The notes under the pieces were generated by a model. It ran no database searches. It was not told where the DNA came from and was given only the letters and a program-made list of their open reading frames with translations. A program made the translations under genes and the position numbers. Shown in pieces: positions 38,295 through 49,551 of a stretch of 64,000 nucleotides of DNA. Position 1 is the stretch's first letter. Each line of letters starts with the position of its first letter. Source of the DNA: Squalus acanthias (lineage: Eukaryota); the NCBI GenBank assembly GCA_030390025.1, contig CM059432.1, positions 70,992,001-71,056,000 on the forward strand. Direction: 5' to 3'.

Positions 38295-38934
38295 CTTCTC
38301 TTTGCCAGAAAAGTAATGAGGTACAGCAACGAAAGTAGCAGCAAAGTTAGGATGAACTAGGCCAAACTACCTCACAAAGCGTTGAGTCAATGTAGAAGTC
38401 TCTCTCTCTCTCTCTCCGAATCTCTCTCTCTCTCTCAGAACGAGTGGTGCATAAATGTCGACCACAGAAAAAGACAGGAAGAGGCCCCCTTTAAATAGCG
38501 CCCCCCCCAGCCCCAGACCGATTGATAACGTTCCAGTCTTCCGGTCGTTGGAAGCGCCAGGCGGTAAGGCAGGGGGCGCCACTCAATTTCCGCTCCGGGG
38601 CGCCCCAAGGGCGTTGCACCACGGACTGACGTCACAATCTGCGCGCGCAGGTGGTCGCAGCGGTAAGTTTTAGCGCCACCGCACAATCTCAAGTTAAGTT
38701 CTCGAGCGGCGCAAACAGCGCTGCGCCCGGGCGTTAGCGCCTTAACGCCCCATTAGCGCCCATTTAAGGCGCTAACGGGAGGCGCAACCAACTGAATTTT
38801 TACCCCCTGGCCTCTAAATTGCTCTGCATGGCTAATGATGATTTGGCAAGGAAATTGTGGTAGGTTAGCAGCGGTTTCACATTGGTGAGCATTAGGATCA
38901 CCCCGTTGCAAACCATAGTTAGACATCCCGTTAT

Positions 38935-39443
38935 AGGAAGGATATAATAGCAATGGAAAAGCTACATTATAGATTCATTAGCATTTTGTCAGATATGAGA
39001 GGTTGCAGGTATGAAAACAGACTTAAGAAATTAGGACTTTTTTCACTAGAGCCAAGAAGGTTCATGGGTGACCTGATAGAGATCCTCAAGATCCTGAATG
39101 GTTATGATGAAATAAATAGTGATAGATTGTTTCTATTGGTTAGCAAAATGGCACAAATTTAAGATAATTACAAAAAGAATTAAAGGGGAGTTTAGAAAAA
39201 ATATCTTTACACCACAGGTGATTAGAATGTGGAATTATCTGTCATAAACTGTTGTTGAAGCAATTGGATGCAATGGTGCAAGATTGACATCCATCACTGC
39301 CAATTGATTATTTTAAAGGGATTTGGAAAGTTGTTTGTAAAAAATGAATATTAAAGGGCTTTTGGAGCAGGCAAGGGAGTGGGATTAGAATAGGTGGCTC
39401 ATCTTGTGCTTAAATGGCCTGTTTCTGTGCTGTAATGTTCCGT
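38935..39443 (+). mobile_element. Old CR1 LINE 3' fragment
   Basis: [31 protein letters not shown]. Confidence 0.8.
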
Positions 39444-39919
39444 GGGGGTGAAATTGGCTTTCAATGAAAAAGAAAATCAGGTGGGGTGTAAATATGGGCT
39501 GCCGCTTTGCTATTCTTGCTCAACAAGAACAACAACAAGAACAACTTGTATTTATATAGCGCCTTTAACGTAGTAAAACGTCCCAAGGCGCTTCACAGGA
39601 GTATTAAAAGACAAAAACAAATTTGACACCGAGCCACGTAAGGATAAATTAGGGCAGGTGACCAAAAGCTTGGTCAAAGAGGTAGGTTTTAAGGAGTGTC
39701 TTAAAGGAGAAAAGAGAGGCAGTGAGGCGGAGAGGTTTAGGCAGGGAATTCCAGAGCTTAGGGCCTAGGCAACAGAAGGCACGGCCACCAATGGTTGAGC
39801 GATTATAATTGGGGGGTTCTGGGGCTGAAGGATTTTACAGATTACAGAGATAGGGAGGGGTGAGGCCGTGGAGGGATTTGTAAACAAAGATGAGAATTTT
39901 GAAGACCAATTTTACCCCC
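39444..39919. mobile_element. Harbinger-type MITE containing an L2 3' fragment (about 39521-39900, minus strand)
   Basis: GGGGGTGAAATTGG / CCAATTTTACCCCC termini; internal AACAACTTGTATTTATATAGCGCCTTT L2-type tail. Confidence 0.65.
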
Positions 39920-40069
39920 TGTGGTTCTATGAGACTGTTTCTGACATTTCAGTAGTGTTATTATTGTAATATTTTGGTTAGTTTCAACCCAACAGTGTGT
40001 GTTGAAATAGGAAGACTGGAATTTTCCTCGACCTGCAACCAGTCCAATAGCCCTTCTATTGTTAATGCT

Positions 40070-40287
40070 ATGATGTGGAGATGCCGGTGTTGGACTGGGG
40101 TGGACAAATGTGAGAAGTCGCACAACACCAGGTTATAGTCCAACAGCTTTATTTGAAATCACAAGCTTTCGGAGCGCTGCTCCTTCGTCAGGTGAAGACT
40201 TCACCTGACGAAGGAGCAGTGCTCCGAAAGCTTGTGATTTCAAATAAAGCTGTTGGACTATAACCTGGTGTTGTGCGACTTCTCACA
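40070..40287. mobile_element. Palindromic Penelope-like terminal remnant with 12-bp TSD
   Basis: 89-bp inverted arms 40109-40197 / 40199-40287 (one mismatch); TSD ATTGTTAATGCT at 40058-40069 and 40288-40299. Confidence 0.85.
40201..40237 (+). ncRNA. Minimal type I hammerhead ribozyme (mirror copy on - at 40159-40195)
   Basis: TCAC-CTGACGA-A-GGAGC-AGT-GCTCC-GAAA-GCTT-GTGA: stem I TCAC/GTGA, stem II, palindromic AAGCTT. Confidence 0.8.
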
Positions 40288-41027
40288 ATTGTTAATGCTG
40301 GGATTCTAGAAGAATAATGTCCAAACAAAGCCTCACAAGCCTACTTTAAATTTGGAGTGTGCCATTAGCTACTATTGGACCTGTTTGAAGGACTACTAGG
40401 ATGGAAGTTTGCATTTTGCATTGGATGTGCATGATTCACCTCTTTATATTAATAATATGCTGTTTGTGGTGGAACCTAGTCACTGATGACACCCAAGAAT
40501 GTGCTTTATAGTGTGCATATTTGATACATACAAAGCAAAAGCAGAAAATGGCTGTCTCTCAATTAGTGGGTTGACTGGTGTTGCAGTCGACATGCACTAA
40601 TCCATACAATTGTGTTTAATTCAATGTGAAAAATGTAAACCTGCTATAATTACTTCAAATGTAGGATCAATGCCCAAAAAACAGACTGTTATATAAGGGC
40701 TAACTGGGCTGTAGCATCAGCACATATAAGATGGTTCCAACCAGAGAATTTTTGTTAACAGATTTCACTCTTTAATAAATACTCCTAAAAATGCATTAGG
40801 TTTAACAAGGTTTATGGTTTAATTAGTCCATTTGTGACAAAAGAAAACTCAAATATTCTGCCACAGAAGAAGGCAAAGGATTATGTATTATCCAATTGAG
40901 TATTAACTTACCCTGTGGTAAATAAAAGTTGATGATGTTTTAATGTTGTAGCTGAATATAATGGAATGAATGTGTTCATGCAAGTTGATAACAAAAGATC
41001 TTTGCAAAACCTAAAACGCAATAAAAG

Positions 41028-41092
41028 TGAGAAGTCGCACAACACCAGGTTATAGTCCAACAGTTTTATTTGAAATCACAAGCTTTCGGAGC
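41028..41092 (-). mobile_element. Short fragment of the 40070 Penelope-like family
   Basis: GTGAGAAGTCGCACAACACCAGGTTATAGTCCAAC...GCTTTCGGAGC. Confidence 0.8.
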
Positions 41093-41462
41093 TTTGAAGC
41101 TGTGGTGAAAAAGTTAAGTAGTATTAAAGAATGTAGCAGTAAGTAGACATTTTCCCATCAAATTTGGTCAGATCTAAAGTCTGTTTTTATCCATTAAACC
41201 GTTGCTTATTAAATTCAAAGATTTCTACAGTTTTATGGCCGTGGGTTGGCGTTGACAAGACAGTTTATTCAATCTCTAAAGAACATAATAGATGTTGTTT
41301 AACAAAGATGTTTCAGCAGGATATCTAGTATGCATTGAATATGTTCCTTTAGTAACCGTAAGTAGAAACTCCTACTCAAAATGACCTATTCTGTGAATTT
41401 TCTGATTGGGATTCTAAAATCTCAGATTATGGATCTTAATTTGATTAATTTCTGGTCATTTG

Positions 41463-42680
41463 AGGAATATAGGAACAGGAGTAAGCCATTCAGCCACTCG
41501 AGCCTGTTCCACAATCCAGTGAGATCATGGCTGATCTGCATTCTAACTCCATCCACTCACCTTGGCTCCATATCCCTTAATAACCTTGGCTTGCAAAAAT
41601 TTATCGATCTCAGATTTAAAATTATTAATTGAGCTCTCATCTGCTGCTTTTTGCGAGGGAGGGCTCCACACCTCTACCACCTTTGCGTGAAGAAGTGTTT
41701 CATAACTTCTCTCCTGAGTGGCCTAACTTTGAATTTAAGGCTATGCCCCCTTGTCCTAGACTCCCCCACTGTGAAAAAAGTTTCTCTCTATCTACCCTAT
41801 CAATTCCTTTCAAAATCCTAAAAACCTCAATCAGATCACCCCTTAACCTTCTATATTCAGGGAATACCAAGCCGAATTTATGTAATCTCTCCGCCTAATT
41901 TAACCCTAGGAGCCTTAGTAATATTCTGGTGAACCTGTGCTGCACTCCTTCTAAGGCCAATATATCCTTTCTAAGGTGTGGTGCCCAGAACTGTACACAG
42001 TACTCCAAATGTGGTCTAACCAGGGCTTTATATAGCTGTAGCAAAACTTCCTCCTCTTTATATTCTAGCCTTCTAGTTATGAATGCTAACATTCCATTAG
42101 TCTTTTGATTTTTTTTTACCTGCCCACTATATTTTAGTGATCAATACATGGACCCTTAAATCTCTTTGGACCTCCACTGTTCCTAGCTTTTCACTATTTT
42201 AGAAATACTTGGATCTATCCTTTTTTGGTCCAAAGTGGATGTTCTCACACTTACCTGTGTTGAAATCCATCTGCCACAATTTTGCCCACTCACGGATTCC
42301 ATCAATGTCTCTTTGTAATTTTATGCTTCCGTCTACACGACTTACTCTGCCACCAATCTTTGCGTCATCGACAAACTTGGATATATGGCACTCTAGCGTG
42401 TTATCTAAGTCATTAATAGATATAGTGAATAGTTCTTACCCCAGCACAGATCCTTCTGGGACACCACTAGTCACTTCCTTCCAATTCGAGTACATACCCA
42501 TTATCCCTACTCTCTGTATTCTACCACCTAACCAATCTCTGAACAAGATCAATAATTTGCCTTCAATTCCATGAGCTTTAATTTTAGCTAACAGTCTCTT
42601 ATGTGGAACCTTATCAAATGCCTTCTGAAAGTCCATATAAACTGCATCCTTAGATATTTCCCTGTCTGCTACATCAGTGG
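41463..42680 (-). mobile_element. Older CR1 LINE fragment
   Basis: MDFQKAFDKVPHKRL, YKALVRPHLEYCVQFWAP; frameshifted. Confidence 0.9.
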
Positions 42681-42691
42681 CTTGTAAAGAA

Positions 42692-45510
42692 AGAACTTAT
42701 AAGAACATAAGAAATAGGAGCAGGAGTAGGCCATTCGGCCCTTCGAGCCTGCTCTGCCATTCAATGAGATCATGGCTGATCTTCTGCCTCAACTCCATTC
42801 ACCGGCCCTATCGCCATATCCCTTGATGCCCCTACTAGTCAGAAATCTATCGACTTCTGTTTTGAATATACCCAATGACTGAACCTCCATAGCCCTCTGG
42901 GGTAGGGAATTCCAAAGATTCACCACCCTCTGTGTGAAGAAATTTCTTCTCATCTCAGTTCTGAATGGCCCACCCTTTATCCTGAGGCTGTGGCCCCTGG
43001 TTCTAGACTGCCCAGCCAAGGGAAACATTCTCCCAGCATCCACCCTATCAAGCCCTGTAATAATTTTGTATGCTTCAATGAGATCCCCTCTCATTCTTCT
43101 GAATTCAAGAGAATACAGGCCTAGTTTAGTCAATCTCTTCTCATACGACAGTCCCGCCATCCCAGGAATCAATCTCGTGAACCTTCGTTGCGCTCCCTCT
43201 ATGGCAAGTATATCCTTCCTTAGGTAAGGAGACCAAAATTGTACACAGTACTCCAGGTGTGGTCTCACCAAGACCCTATATAATTGGAGTAAGACTTCTT
43301 TACTGCTGTACTCAAATCCTCTTGTAATGAAGGCCAGCATACCATTTGCCTTCCTAATGGCTTGCTGCACCTGCACATTCACTTTCAGTGACTCATGTAC
43401 AAGGACACCCAGGTCCCTTTGGGCATCTGCATTCCCCAATCTTTCACCATTTAGGAAATACTCTGCCTTTCTGTTTTTTCTACCAAAGTGGATAACTTCA
43501 CATTTATCCACATTATATTCCATCTGCCATGTTCTCGCCCACTCACTGAGCCTGTCGAGATCCCCTTGAAGCCTCTTCACATCCTCTTCACAACTGACAC
43601 TGCCACCTAGCTTTGTATCATCAGCAAATTTGGAAATGTTACATTTAGTCCCCTCATCCAAATCATTGATATAGATTGTGAATAGCTGGGGCCCAAGCAC
43701 CGATCCTTGCGGTACCCCACTAGTCACAGCCTGCCATCCTGAAAAAGACTTGTTTATCCCTACTCTTTGTTTTCTGTCTGTTAACCAATTCTCAATCCAT
43801 GTTAGTATATTACCCCCAATTCCATGTGCCCTAATTTTGTTCACCAACCTCTTGTGTGGGACCTTATCGAAGGCATTCTGAAAATCCAAATACACCACAT
43901 CTACTGGTTCCCCTTTGTCTACTCCACTAGTTACATCCTCAAAGAACTCCAATAGGTTTGTTAAACAGGATTTCCCTTTCATAAATCCATGTTGACTCTG
44001 CCCAATCTTACTATTAGTTTCTAAGTGCCCAGTTATTGCATCCTTTATAATAGATTCCAACATTTTCCCAACTACTGATGTGAGGCTAACAGGTCTGTAG
44101 TTCCCCGTTTTCTCTCTCCCTCCTTTCTTAAAAAGCGAGGTTACTTTTGCTATCTTCCAATCTGCAGGAACCGTTCCAGAATCTATAGAATTTTGGAAGA
44201 TGACAACCAATGCGTCCACTATCCCAATGGCCACCTCTTTCAAAACCCTAGGATGTAGGTCATCTGGTCCTTGGGATTTATCAACTTTTAATCCCATTAA
44301 TTTTGCTAGTACTGTTTTTTTTACCAATAATAATTTCTTTAAGTTCCTCATTCTCGCCACACCCTTGGTTTTCTCGTATTTCTGGGAGTTTTTTTGTGTC
44401 TTCCTCCGTGAAGACAGAAACAAAGTATTTATTTAAATTCTCAGCCATTTCCTCATTCCCCATTATAAATTCTCCCGTCTCTGACTGTAAAGGACCTACA
44501 TTTACCTTTGCCAGTCTTTTCCTTTTCACATACCTATAGAAGCTTTTACAATCCGTTTTTATATTTTTCGCTAGTTTGTGCTCATATTCCATTTTCCCTT
44601 TCTTTATCAATTTCTTGGTCCCCCTTTGCTGATTTCTGAAAAGGTCCCAATCCTCAAGCTGACCGCTTTTCTGGCAACTTTATAAGCTTCCTCCCTTGAC
44701 TTAATACTAGCTTTAATTTCTTTTGTTAGCCATGGTTGGATCACTTTTCCTTTTGGGTTTTTATGCCCTAGAGGAATATATGTTTGTTGCAAATTATGCA
44801 TTATTTCCTTGAATGTTAGCCATTGTATGTCCACCTTCATACCTTTTAGTGTAGTCTCCCAATCTACCAGGGCCAACTTGTCCCTCATACCCTTGTAGTT
44901 TCCTCTGTTTAGATTGAAGACCTTAGTTTCAGATTGGACTACATCACTCTCAAACTTAATGTAAAATTCAATCATATTATGGTCACTTGTCCCTAAATGC
45001 CCCTTTACCACAAGATTATTGATTAACCCTTTCTCATTACACAGTACCAGATCCAGAATAGCCTGTTCCCTGGTTGGTTCCTCCACATACTGATCCAGGA
45101 AACCATCTCGCATGCATTCCAAGAATTCGTCCTCCACACCATTAGTGGTAATTTGATTTGCCCAGTCAATATGTAGATTAAAGTCCCCCATGATTACCGT
45201 ATTGCCCTTGTTACATGCACTTCTAATTTCTTGATTGATACTGTGCCCTACATTACCACTACTGTTTGGTGGCCTATACACTACTCCCACCAATGTTTTC
45301 TGCCCTTTGCTGTTTCTTAGCTCCACCCAAACTGATTCCAGTTCTACATCACGATCTGCCGAGCCAAGAACTTTTATCTCTACCGTAACTATCTCATCCC
45401 TTATTAACAGCGCTACGCCACCTCCTTTTCCTTTTTGTCTGTCCTTCCTAAATGTTGGGTACCCTGGAACATTCGGTTCCCAGCTTTGGTTACCCTGCAA
45501 CCATGTTTCT
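42692..45510 (-). mobile_element. Young CR1 LINE with nearly complete ORF2 (APE endonuclease + RT), two frameshifts
   Basis: VTETWL, VYRPP, GDFN, SDHN (endonuclease); GVPQGSVLGP, FADDTKL (RT); (TTCTTATG) tail. Confidence 0.95.
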
Positions 45511-45915
45511 GTAACTTGCATTTATATAGCGTCTTTCATGACCTCATAATTTTCCAAATGTACTACAGCCAATGTAGTACTTTTGAAGTGTAGTCACTGA
45601 TGTAATGTAGAGAAACACAGCAGCCAATTTGCACACAAGGCCCCACAAACAGCAATAACCAGATAATCTGTTTCAGTGATGTTGGTTGAGGGATAAATAT
45701 TGGCCAGGACCTTGGGGAGAACTTCCCTGCTCTTCTTCGAATTGTGCAAGGTGGTGTTTTACATCCACCTGGGAGGGCAGATGTAAAACACCTCCGACAG
45801 TGCAGTACTTCTTAAGTGTCAGTCTAGTTTATGTGCTCATATTTCTGGAGTGGGACTTGAAGCCACAAACTTTTGACTCACAGGCGAGAGTGCTATCACT
45901 GAGCCCAGGCTGATA
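45511..45915 (-). mobile_element. Deu-domain tRNA SINE
   Basis: Same family as 34023. Confidence 0.85.
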
Positions 45916-46928
45916 CTTCAATGCCGTACTGTCGGAAATGCACAAGATTAGCAATACAATACAGAAATAATGATCTAATGGCTCATTACCCAACTAAATC
46001 CCTTCAAATTAAAAAGGAAACAGCCCTTCTCAAACACTTTCACAATCCATAAGTACAGTTGGAATCTACATGGCGTTGGAATCTCCAGTAGTCGTTAACT
46101 CATTCTGATATCTTTTTCTGGTTATTCATTGTTACATGTCTATCCTTCATGGTCCTGAAATTAATCTGTGAGAGTGCATGGATGCTCAACAAGTTTATCT
46201 GAACAAAATTCCTATCTTTGCTATTTTAGTGGAGGCATTAACCCATTTATTTTAAATGCTAGGATCCTATGAGGTAATTTCAGAGCCCATAGGGGAAATT
46301 CTCCTCTGCAAACATGCCTGAAATCAACAGAAAATATAGGAAAATTTGGGTGGTGATGCCTACTGTAGCCTTGCCGCCCAACAAAGATTTCCCTCTCTCT
46401 GCCCTTGCCTGGACCGCTGTTGGCCACTCCTTCATTGCCCTTCCCACATGCAAATGGTGGGAGGGAGTGAGACCCAGGTCTCCAGTAGATTTTCCTTCTT
46501 TCCATCCCATTTGTTGCTTCTTCCTGGGGCTGACATATGGAAAGTGGTGGTTAAGACCCAGAACTCTCCCAATGGAGGAAGAGGGCCTTGCAGCAGGCTC
46601 CTCCCCCTCCAGTTGGCTCAAGAGACTTAACTACCAGAAGTCTTGATCTCAGCCAAGGCGTTCAGTGGGAGCCTTCTTTCCAATCTTCAGGGCTTTTCTC
46701 CCATTTTAAGGTGTTGCATGATTGTCTGCAGTAGAAAAGTTTGAATTGTACCCTTAGAATTGAATCCTAATTATAATTGTATCAAAAGCAGTCAAAAATT
46801 GTTTTAACCACTGTTTACTATCTGTCACTGGATAATAAAACAAGGACTAGTGTAGTTTATATCACTGGCTGTAAATGGTGACTGTAAGCAGACATTCTTC
46901 CTCAGGTTGCACAAGTAAACTTAGATAT

Positions 46929-47226
46929 GCACGGTGGCATAGTGGTTAGTACTGTTACCTCACAGCGCCAGGGACCCGGGTTCAAAACCGGCCTCGGGTG
47001 ACTGTCTGTGTGGAGTTTGCACATTCTCCCCGTGTCTGCGTGGGTTTCCTCCGGGTGCTCCGGTTTCCTCCCACAGTCCAAAGATGTGCGGGTTAGGTTG
47101 ATTTGGCTATGATAAATTGACCCTTAGTGTTAGGGGGGATTAAATACGTGGGGATAGGGTGGGATATGTGTCGGTGCAGGCTCGATGGGCCGAAATGGCC
47201 TCTATCTGCACTGTGGGGATTCTGTG
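46929..47226 (+). mobile_element. tRNA-derived SINE (V-SINE/HE1-like)
   Basis: GCACGGTGGCATAGTGGTTAG...GGTTCAAA head; GTGTCTGCGTGGGTTTCCTCCGGGTGCTCCGGTTTCCTCCCACAGTCCAAAGA V-domain-like core; CR1-like tail. Confidence 0.8.
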
Positions 47227-49551
47227 ATATGCACTAATACTGTCAGCTTTTAACCTTTGTCCCGTCTGACCAGCTGATCCTACGTGTGCTAAGTGTAATG
47301 AAATCATAAACATATTCTTTATCAATGTATGACAGATGATTTCCACCATATGTAGTAAAATTGTAAATGTGTTCAGAAAGAAGGCCTTTATGATTTCATT
47401 ACATATAGCTCACATAGTAGCTCTTTCCTGTATATTATGGTAATGGCGGTTGTCATGGCACAGTTTGTGGCTTGGATGCTCCCTCCCCCCACTTTTGCTG
47501 GTTGCTGACTGTTGAAAGCAAGAAGCTGTCTTCAGTGGAAAACAAAAATAGAGAGAAGGGAAACAATTACCTGTCATAATGGACCAATAATGCATCAGAC
47601 TATAGCAGCAATTTGCTATAAAGGTACTGAGCTTTTTCACATTATAGCTCATTTTGCATTGACTAAATCAATTTACTGTCGCTTGCACAAATTTATGGGA
47701 CAGATTTGCTCCGTGTCACTAAGTTTGTTATTTCCAGCGAACAGTACTGTAAATTATTTTCAGAAATAACCTTCCCTGTAAATGAGCAATGTGTGTGTAT
47801 TACTAATTATGCATTTACATTTAATTGAAACTGCCGCTGATTAATAAATATCAAAATTGAAATATATTCCAAACCTTCTGAACAAGTCTTTAAATGGCAG
47901 TGCGCAGTTGTGGACTTCAATCTGTTCAGTTTATATGTATTTATTACACCAAGTAGATCCACAGAATTATCTGAAAGATTGTAATATAAAGTTTCAGCAT
48001 ATATTTCAACCATACAAGAAACAATAAATGGATTCACATGATGCTTGTGCGTTGCCATAGCTAAGAAAGCTACTTTACCTAACTTCAGCCCATTGTGACC
48101 ATTTAATTTCCAGTTGGTACATTATGAATAGTACAAATTACATCTCCCAGTAGGTTGTTGCTACACTAACACTGGGAGTTCCCAATTCCCTGGCTCAGAA
48201 GGGAGACAACATATTGCTAGTATGCTGGGAAAGATGAGCTGTACCGGTCTCCAGATTGGTGCGAGTAGGGCACACTGGAGGGGGATCAAGTGATGGAAGC
48301 ACCCCCAAAGAAGAGTGTAAGGGATAAATTGGATGGGGTCAGTTTTTGGCCTGGGCAGGTGTCCTTTAGGGAAGGAACTCTGCACCCTTAATTTGGTCTG
48401 GCCTATATGTGACTCCAAACACACAGCAATGTGGTTGACTCTTAACTGCCCTCTGAAATGGCCTACCAAGCCATTCATTGTACCAAGCCACTGCAAAGAA
48501 TAAAACCGGATAGACCACCTGGCATCGACCTAGGCACCAGACACGACAAAGGCACACCCAGCCCAGTCGACCTCGCAAAGTCCTCCTCACTAACATCTGG
48601 GGACTTGTGCCAAAATTGGGAGAGCTGTCCCACAGACTAGTCAAGCAACAGCCTGACATAGTCATACTCACAGAATCATATCTTTCAACCAATGTCCCAG
48701 ACTCCTCCATCACCATCCCTGGGTATACCCTGTCCCACGGCAGGTCAAACCCACCAGAGGAGGCGGCACAGTGGTATACAATCAGGAGGGAGTGGCCCTG
48801 GGAGTCCTTAACATTGACTCCGGACCCCATGAGGTCTCATGGCATCAGGTCAAACATGGGCAAGGAAACCTCCTGCTGATTACCACCTACCGCCCTCCCT
48901 CAGCTGATGAATCAGTACTCCTCCATGTTGAATACCACTTGGAAGAAGCACTGAGGGTATCAAGGGCACAGAATGTACTCTGGGTGGGAGACTTCAATGT
49001 CCATCACCAAGAGTGGCTTGGTAGCACCACAACTGACTGAGTTGGCTGAGTCCTGAAGGATATAACTGCCAGACTGGGCCTGCGACAGGTGGAGAGAGAA
49101 CAAACATGAGAAAAAATCCTACTTGACCTCGTCCTCACCAATCTACCTGTCACAGATGCATGTGTCCATGACAGTATTGGTAGGAATGACCACCACACAG
49201 TCCTTGTGGAGAAGAAGTCCCATCTTCACCCTCCATCATGTTATGTGGCACTACCACCGTGCTAAATGGATAGATTCAGAACAGATCTAGCAGCTCAAGA
49301 CTGGGCATCCATGAGGCGCTGTGGGACATCAGCAGCAGCAGAATTGTATTTCACCACAATTTGTAACCTCATGGCCCGGCATATCCCTCACCCTACCATT
49401 ACCATCAAGCCAGGGGACCAACCCTGGTTCAATGAGGAGTACAGAAGAGCATGCCAGGAGCAGCATCAGGCTTACCTAAAAATGAGGTGCCAACCCGCTG
49501 AAGCTACAAGAAAGGATTACATACATGCTAAACAGCGGAAACAGCATGCTA

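Larger units (their letters stand above)
34464..38806. mobile_element. Full-length PIF/Harbinger transposon, candidate autonomous copy
   Basis: TSD CTG (34461-34463, 38807-38809); TIRs GGGGTAGAAATT / AATTTTTACCCC; CpG-rich subterminal GGCGCTAA motifs; convergent Myb and transposase genes. Confidence 0.95.

Noticed and set aside
46221..46646. Overlapping 94-113 aa ORFs in a GC-richer patch
   Set aside because: No recognisable motif; probably a decayed MITE-like remnant (GGGGAAATT at about 46292), but no matching end was found.
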